Shown piece after piece: positions 56,297-64,000 of a stretch of 64,000 nt of DNA. How positions within the stretch are numbered: the first letter of the stretch is position 1; the number at the start of each line of letters is the position of its first letter. Under the pieces are notes generated by a model. That model was not told where the DNA came from. It did not search any database and saw only the letters and a list, made by a program, of their open reading frames with translations. The translations under genes and the position numbers were made by a program. This stretch comes from Cycas panzhihuaensis (Eukaryota; Plantae; Cycadophyta), in the NCBI GenBank assembly GCA_023213395.1, contig CM041465.1, positions 195,369,741 to 195,433,740 on the forward strand, written 5' to 3'.

Positions 56297-59200
56297 TGAA
56301 GGAAGGATGGATCTAGGGAATAAATCACTCATATACATATAATGGCAATGGAGAATGAAAAAGAGATCAAAACAAAAGATGTGTAAAAAACTTATAAGTG
56401 AGAATAATGACTCCCTCCATGAGATTTCACCTTTTATTATTGAAAGTAAGCATTAGGGTTAGGATTTTCCTGCCTAATGATATGAACCCAAAATTATATC
56501 TAAATGCACATAAAGTGCATTTCACTAAGAGACTAATGCTAGCAATATATCCTAAGGTCACTTAATTAATCTACACAAATGGCCTTGATATATTAATATC
56601 TTTCAATCCCCCTCCCTCTTAATGGTAGAAGATCATTTTGAGATAAATTAATCTATTCTAGAAGGTCTTCATTTAAGCCTCTTATTACATTGAAATATCT
56701 ACTTGGACACTTTTATGGGAAACTCTGATGGAGAAGAAAACCTACAGACTTATCTAAGATAATGACTCTGGCTCATGTGGCCCTTTGAATGTAGCTAAAT
56801 AGCCAATTAGTATAATGAGTTTTACAGATATGATCTGCTAAGTCTCCATATACTATTTGATCATCCCCTATGCCCTTTTAGGTTTTCACAAGTTTTGATT
56901 TTCTAAAACTAGTACAACCCTTATCTTTCCATGCCCACATGGGGTTTTCACAAATAGAATAGAGTATGACGATCCATAAGGGTTTTTCTCAAATAGAATA
57001 GAGTATGGCAATCATATTGCCATCTCCTTTAATAAATCAAAGATGGAGGCCCTAAGGCTGAGCTGCTTTTGGAACTATTCAAACTTCACCTTTTGTAGCA
57101 ATTTGGTGAAGATATCAGCCACTTGATCTACTGTGGGGCAGTAGTCCAATTGAATTATGCCGTTATAAACTAGTTCTTAAATCTTGTGGACTTTTATACT
57201 TATGTGTTTGGTACGATTATGAAATATAGATTTTTTTTCCATGTGGATTATTGATTGATTATCCACATAAAGGCTATTAGGACTTGTTTGGGTGATATTC
57301 AATGTTTCTAATAATTTCCTAAGCCATATCACCTCCTTGCTAGTCTCAAAAACAATAATGTATTTAGTTTCGGTAGTTGAATCAGTAACTATCTTCTTTT
57401 GTCTAGACCTCCATGATATTGGTGCTCTTCCAAAAAACATTACATACTTAGACATGGATCTTCTTGTGTCTTTATTTCTTACAAAGTCTAAGTCTATGTA
57501 TGTAGAAAGCTTAAATTCATTATTAGGTTCATACAATAGACCAAATTTGTTGATCATCTTTAGGTATCTTAACACTCAAACTGTAGCCTACTAGTGGTTC
57601 TGCTTAGGATTTGTCATAAATCGTGCAAGATTGTTGACAAAGTGTGCAATATCTAGACTTATGTTAGTAGTGTAGATGAGACTACCTACAAGTTACCTAT
57701 AGAGTGTTGCATCTACTTCCCTAGTATTACCATCAGATGAGAGTTTAGTATTAGGATCTATAGATATAGCCATTGGTCTAGCATCTTCTAGTTGAGACTT
57801 AGTTGGAATATCATTGATGTATTTTTCTTAGGAGAGGAAAAATTTTCCATTCTTTTGTGTTACTTCAATTCCCAAATAATATTTCATCAATCTGAGGTTA
57901 GATAATTCGAATGTTTTGTGAAGGTCCTTTTTTAGTCAACTTATTACTTTTCACTATTACACATTACTAGCATGCCATCCATAAAGATTATAAGATAAGT
58001 GACTTTGTCCTTTTGGTACTTGATGAATAATGTTGTATCAATATCTTGGTAGTCATAAATCTCATATCTAAGTTACCTTATTCTTTTAGATAACTTAGTA
58101 AACCAAGCATAAGCAGCTTGTTTCAGGCTGTAAAAAGACTTTCTAAGTTTGCAAACCTTATGCTCTTGACCTTCGATCTCGTATCCTTTTGACTTAGCCA
58201 TGTAAATTTCTTCTTTAAGAAGAAATGTGATCTTAATATCAAGCTAGTGGATTTTTCAGCCCTGTTAAGTAACTAAGGCCACAAGGGCTCTAATTATAGG
58301 CCACTTGGTTGTAGGTGTAAAGACTTTAGTGTAGTCAATGCCTTTCCTTTATGTGAATCTTTTAGCTACCAAACTTGCCTTATGTTTTTTTAGGGTGCCA
58401 TCTGATCTATATTTATTTTTGAACACCCATTTATTTTAAACTACCTTTTTACCAAGTAGTAGATCAACAAGCTCTCATGTACTATTTTTTGTGAGAGATT
58501 GATATTCTTTGTTCATTTCTCCAAACTATATATTTCATAGCTTCCTGGTATGAGAGAGGCTCGTCATTAAGAGTAAGGTGCAGTTCTACTAGTTCAAGCT
58601 TAGTATATAATGATTCTTATATACTTGCTCTATGGGCACTTCGAGTGCCAATTTTTTCCACCTCATCTGGTCATATATCCTTGTTGAGTTGGTGGGCTTC
58701 ATGAGATCTTTGAGTTGGAAATGAGGTCCTTATTTCCTCAGCCTCTTGGTTCTCATGTTGTTTATTAAAATGATCATTTAGTGAGGAGGATGTTGACACA
58801 CTTGGGGAACATGATCCTTCTACCATTAATTTACCTTTATCAATTGAAGGTAGATAGGATGATTCTTCTATAATAGCTTTGCCTTTGTCAACTATGTTAT
58901 TCTCAAAGGATGGTATTGGATGTGCACTCATTAGTTTGGAGTCATAACTTATATCCTCCATGGCCCTATTGTTGGCTCTAATATTTAGAATAATTTATGT
59001 ATGTCCCTCCCTAAATTTTAGAATCTAAACATCATACTTAGTAGCATCATTATAGTAGCGTGAAGGTGTTTTAGAGTCCAATCTAAATAACTAATCCTCT
59101 GTCTTCACAAAAATAATATCTCCGGTAATGATAATTTTCTGTTGTAAAGGTATAAAGACCTTATATCCTTTCTTATCCATAGGGTATCTAACAAAGATAC

Positions 59201-62200
59201 CTTTAAGTACCCTTGGTTGGAGTTTATTTTGATCTATATCTAAAATGTGGGCATACTATGTAGATCCAAAATTTTGAAGTCATGAACAATGATGGCCTGT
59301 CCTAACTACTTTTTATTAGGTGATTATCCTTCCTTTGATGGGATAATAGTAATAATATAGTAAATAGTTATCTAGATGGCTTCAGCCTATATGTAGGCAT
59401 GTATAATTTTGTATACCACCATAACTCAATCCATGTTCATGATTATCCTACTTATGTGCTTGACAACTCTTTTTTATTATGGGGTACCTACTACTATTGT
59501 TTAATGTTTGATGCCTTTATCTCGAAGGTAGCTTTCAAACTCATACGAGGTATATTTACCACCATTATTAGTTTGAAGACATTTGAGTTGATAGCCTGAC
59601 TCTTTTTTAGTGCATGCTTTAAATTCTTTAAATAAACTAAAGGCTTTATCTTTCTTAGCTAGAAAAACTACCTTTCATACCCTTCTAGATATGAATGAAT
59701 AGGCATTAGTTTATATAGATTAGAGTGTACTAATTATAATAGATGGTTTAATTTTCATTGACTTTTGAGAAAGGGTTATCAATAAGATTTGGCAATGATA
59801 CAAGCTTCATATTAAAAGGGCTTAGAGAAGAACTTTAGAAGACTTGTAAGAGTGTTATAAAAGTCTCTAAGTCTATTGATGTGAACATGGCCTATATGAG
59901 CATGCTAAAGAGCTTTGTGTGATAACTTTGGGTGGGTCAGGATGGTATTAAATAGAAATTCTTCATTAGCACAAGGGCTTTGGGCATAATAGGCTTTAGA
60001 GGATGGAGATCTATTTAGTTGAAAGAGTTTTCCAGTGAGATGTCTAGTCAAGACTACTAGATCAGTTGGAGGATGAACGACATGGAGAGTTTGGTCATTT
60101 GTAGTTACACTTAGATTAAATCCATAGGAGACAAGTATGGATAAGAAGAGCATGCTTTATTTAATATTTAGTATGTATAAGACATCATGCAATGTAAAAT
60201 CTCTTAAGCTTGAAAGTTTTAGGTGAATGTTACCAATTCCTTTAACAGATTATTGTAATTTACTAACCATGTGAATAATTCCTTAAATATTTGAGTCAAA
60301 TGTTTAATATAAACTACGATTGTATGCCATATGTAGAGTTGATCTTGTATCCATGATCTATTATCCATCAATTAAAGCAATACTATTTACAATTTTAATA
60401 GGGCTTGGCATTGGTGAAGGGAGTTCAAAAGTGATATATCCACATCGAGCTTTAAAGTATCTTTATTGTTGGTCATTAGTATTTGATGCTAAAGTTCTCT
60501 TAATTCTTTGAAAGTGAGCTTGTGCAAAACCTTCACTACCAAATGATTCTTCACAAGTTTCCTCAATATTGTGAGCTCCATGTTTTGGTTAGAACTGGGA
60601 CAACTTATAAGTGGTAGTTCTATAGTCTTTTACAAAATGTCCTTTACAATTATACTATTCATACATAATAGTTTGATTATCAATCCCTGAAGAGGTACTC
60701 GTTTGGCCTGATTATCTTATTTTTTATTGATATGACCCTTAGCCTTGAGACTGTTGAGGCTATAACTAAGGGTTTAGTTGACCTTACAGATGATTTCCCT
60801 TATTTCTTCCTCTTCTTCTTATTTGGTTATTTTCTCTGCCAAGAGAGAGACCTTGATTCTTTATATAGTAAGCTTATTCTTCCATCTCAAAGGTTGTATT
60901 TGGAAGAGAGTTAGAGGCTATAAAGTTGGTATCAAATGTCTTGTCAAATTCTATGAACTTCTCGGCAAGTGCTTTGAAGTTAAATATCTTCAATATTCCA
61001 CTAGATTAAAGACTTCCAAATAAGTTTTTATAATTAGAGACATGTAGATATGATTGGATCAAGAATGCCCAAGTGATGTATTAGGTCTTAAAATCTTTAT
61101 TAATTATCTGTTTTATTAATCAAAGGAGAATTATTATCTCATGAGCTCACCCCTTCTGCATTTTTAATTTGTTTATTTTTAGTACAAGATGAATAAATTC
61201 TAGGTCTGACTTGGTATTAAAGTTCTTCTCAAGAACTTAGAGGACCTTACAGGCTATATCATGTTGCTCTTCATCAATCAAATTATGTAAGGAGTGCATG
61301 AATCTTTTCATCATCTATCTCCTATTATAGTTTAGTTGCAGCATTTGTAGGAGCTATTGGAGTGGTTCTACTAGAAGCAAGTGTTGTAGTTGTTACAGGT
61401 ATGATAGGTGTAGGCTACAAGTGGACTCTCCAAAGGCTTTCATACTTTGTAGTATTTTAAATTCCAGTGTACTATAAATACCAATTTTCTTTACCTTTCA
61501 ATATGCAGTTAATATTTTGCTTGAATTAAGATGATATGGTATGATGATAAAGAAGTAAACAAGTTGATAAAAGTATGTGCCACTAACATTTGTGGCTAGT
61601 ACACTTGACACAGTAGGGATATAGAAATAAATGTTATGACGAGGATGGAAGGAAGGATTAAGTGTTTTTAAACAATTATGGAGAATGAGTATGAGTGATC
61701 ATGCAAGAATGTGGACTAATGTAGAGTTGGCAAAGAGTGGCAGTGTGTCATGCCACTAATCTTTAGCTTATGTCTAAATGTAGGTGAGGTATTTATTTGA
61801 TGCCTAAGGCTTCTAGTATACGATTAGGGCCTTCACCCATGATACCCACACATGTATTGGTGATAAAATCTAAGTCACAATGGAACCCAGTTACTCATAA
61901 TCCTCACTTAATTCACTAGTGAGTAGTGATATACCTCCTCCAAAGAGTCAAATAGTACATGTGTATCCCATGAATATGATGGATATTGGATTGGATTGAT
62001 TTTAATCTTACATTAATGTTTTAGTTGTCCCAATTTATTATCAAGATAATCTCTAAAGGGAGCATATAGATATAGCTAACCTATCACTCTACTAGTATTT
62101 CTATTGAGTCTAAATCCACTTTAAAACCCACACATCCTTTAGTGCCTAAAATTTGACCAACCATAGTATCTCAACCTTGGCGAGTATATAAATAAGCTCA

Positions 62201-63792
62201 AGATAGCAAAATGGTCAAATATAATGGGTTCATTTTAGGGATTATATAAATATATTTACATTGAAAACTGAAATGAATTATTGATGTGTTGATGCTTATT
62301 TTTTATATCTCCTCTATGTTGCTTTTGTTCATCAATGTGTATGGAAATAAATAAATACACAAAGATGTAAAGTATAAACACTAGATTTTGCTACAATCTA
62401 GGTGTTTTATGATTACAATGAGTTTTCTTTTTTCATTTTTACTTTTTAAAAATAAAAAATAAAAAAACCCTTCTTTTTATTAAGGAAAGGGAAAAATACA
62501 AAAAACTTAAAAATTTTCTTCTAAATTAAAAATTTGATCAAAAGAGAAAGTATAAAAAAAAAATGAGAGGAATTTGAATCTTATATCAGAAACTTTAGTA
62601 TAGCTATGTAACCATACGAAATGGTCAAAATATTTCAGGTCGAAACTTCACTCTCTCAGATGATAGATCTCACTGTAGTGAGTCAAAAAATCTTTCGGTG
62701 AAACTTCTGAAAATAAGCAAAAATAGCTTGAAACTTGTTGAAACTCTTATGAGACATTTTTAGGCAGAAATTAGAATTTTGAAGAAATCTCTCTCTCTCT
62801 CTCTCTCTCTATTATATTAAATTTGATGAAACTTGATTTTTTAGATTCCTTGAAGCTAGATCTATTAAAACCCTTAAAAAAATTTGAGATGCATTAAATG
62901 TTTTAAGAACATTTCTCAAAAAAATAGTTAGATTAGAGCTAACTAAACTTCTAATTTTTTAGGCCGATTGAGGTAGAATTTGAAGATGGTATAGAAGAAA
63001 AAAATACTTCTCTTGCTTGGGCATCCCTCCTTGTAATTTTTTAGTAAAAATAGATTATTTTTAATTTTCACCTATCGTAAGGCTGAACAATCTTTTTTTG
63101 AATGGTTTCAATTGATTTCTACTACCTATAAGTAGCTAAAAATATACCCTATAGCTTTATAGCATAGATTTTATAACTAATAATTGATTTATAATGAAAA
63201 ATCAATAGAATCTCCCTTGATAAAATTAAAAATTAGCTATAAAGATTGATGAAATACTAATTTTTTTGGGAGTCTAGAATCAGAAAACCTTCTTCTGACT
63301 AAGAGTTTTGATCCTCAATGCACCTGCAAATAAATGAAGAATACTGAAATATGTTACAAATGATATACTAGATTTGCATGATTAAAACACTCTCAAAATT
63401 TTAAAAATAATGAGTGCACTCTCAAGACTTCACATTAAAGGTAAAAGAAAGGCAAAATAGTTCCATACAAGTGGAATAGAGTGAATAGATTCCCTTCTAG
63501 GGAATAAATCACTCACATACATACATACAATGGAAAATAAAAAAGAGAGCAAAATAAGAGATGAAAGCAAAGCTTAGAGGTGAGAATGAATAATGATTCA
63601 TTCCATGAGATTTCACCTTTTATTATTGAGGGTGAGCATTAGGGTTAGGGTTTTCCTACCTAATGATATGAACCTAAAATTATATCCAAATGCACATAAA
63701 GTGTATCTTACTAAGAGACTAATGCTACCAATATATATTAAGGTCACTTAATTAATCTACATAAATGACCTTGATAATATTAACATCTTTCA
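56297..63792 (-). mobile_element. Ty1/copia retrotransposon (degenerate; PBS and U5 end of 5' LTR missing)
   Basis: LTRs 56297-56605 and ~63496-63792; perfect TSD TACCA; PPT 56606-56622. RNase H 57030-57575 (FHNRTKHI, QVADIFTK); RT to ~58570; integrase 59100-59700; knuckle ~60640; gag ~60900-61500. Confidence 0.92.
56941..57013. repeat. ~39-bp tandem duplication in the copia 3' UTR
   Basis: gggtttt(t)c(a/t)caaatagaatagagtatg occurs twice. Confidence 0.8.
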
Positions 63793-64000
63793 TACCAACT
63801 ACCTATGGAGAAACAAAGACATGCATTTGATCAATGGCAGACCATCCTTTGAAGCATAGAGATACCTTGATGTAAGACACTCAAGTTGATGGTCATTTCT
63901 TTGAAACTAGAACAAAACTAGCAGAGCCCCATATATATAGTAAACATGAAGAATATTTGTCACAAAGTCGTCTCTAGAATACTATTGATGCCACCATACT

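Overview
AT-rich plant intergenic/heterochromatic window (gymnosperm-like repeat families, inferred) with no intact host gene. It is made almost entirely of decayed, nested retrotransposons: a near full-length L1 LINE (~4.7-10.9 kb), a Ty3/gypsy Tekay-like element (~16.1-38.5 kb) split by three insertions, four Ty1/copia gag-pol elements, a second LINE fragment, a young GC-rich 2.7-kb solo LTR, and four small non-autonomous LTR elements with paired LTRs and exact or near-exact target-site duplications (TSDs). Most in-frame stops examined are TAG/TAA/TGA explainable by methyl-C deamination. Main observations: (1) two non-autonomous copia derivatives with different LTRs each carry one frameshift-free ORF that fuses the Gag N-terminus to an acidic low-complexity domain and an RNase H-like C-terminal tail; (2) a ~1-kb CRINKLY4-related receptor-kinase fragment lies just downstream of an LTR/PBS; (3) a ~360-bp leader block is conserved between two divergent copia families; (4) a ~875-bp microsatellite occupies one LTR while the partner LTR has only ~(TA)17. 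All protein assignments come from manual translation and motif recognition, not database searches.
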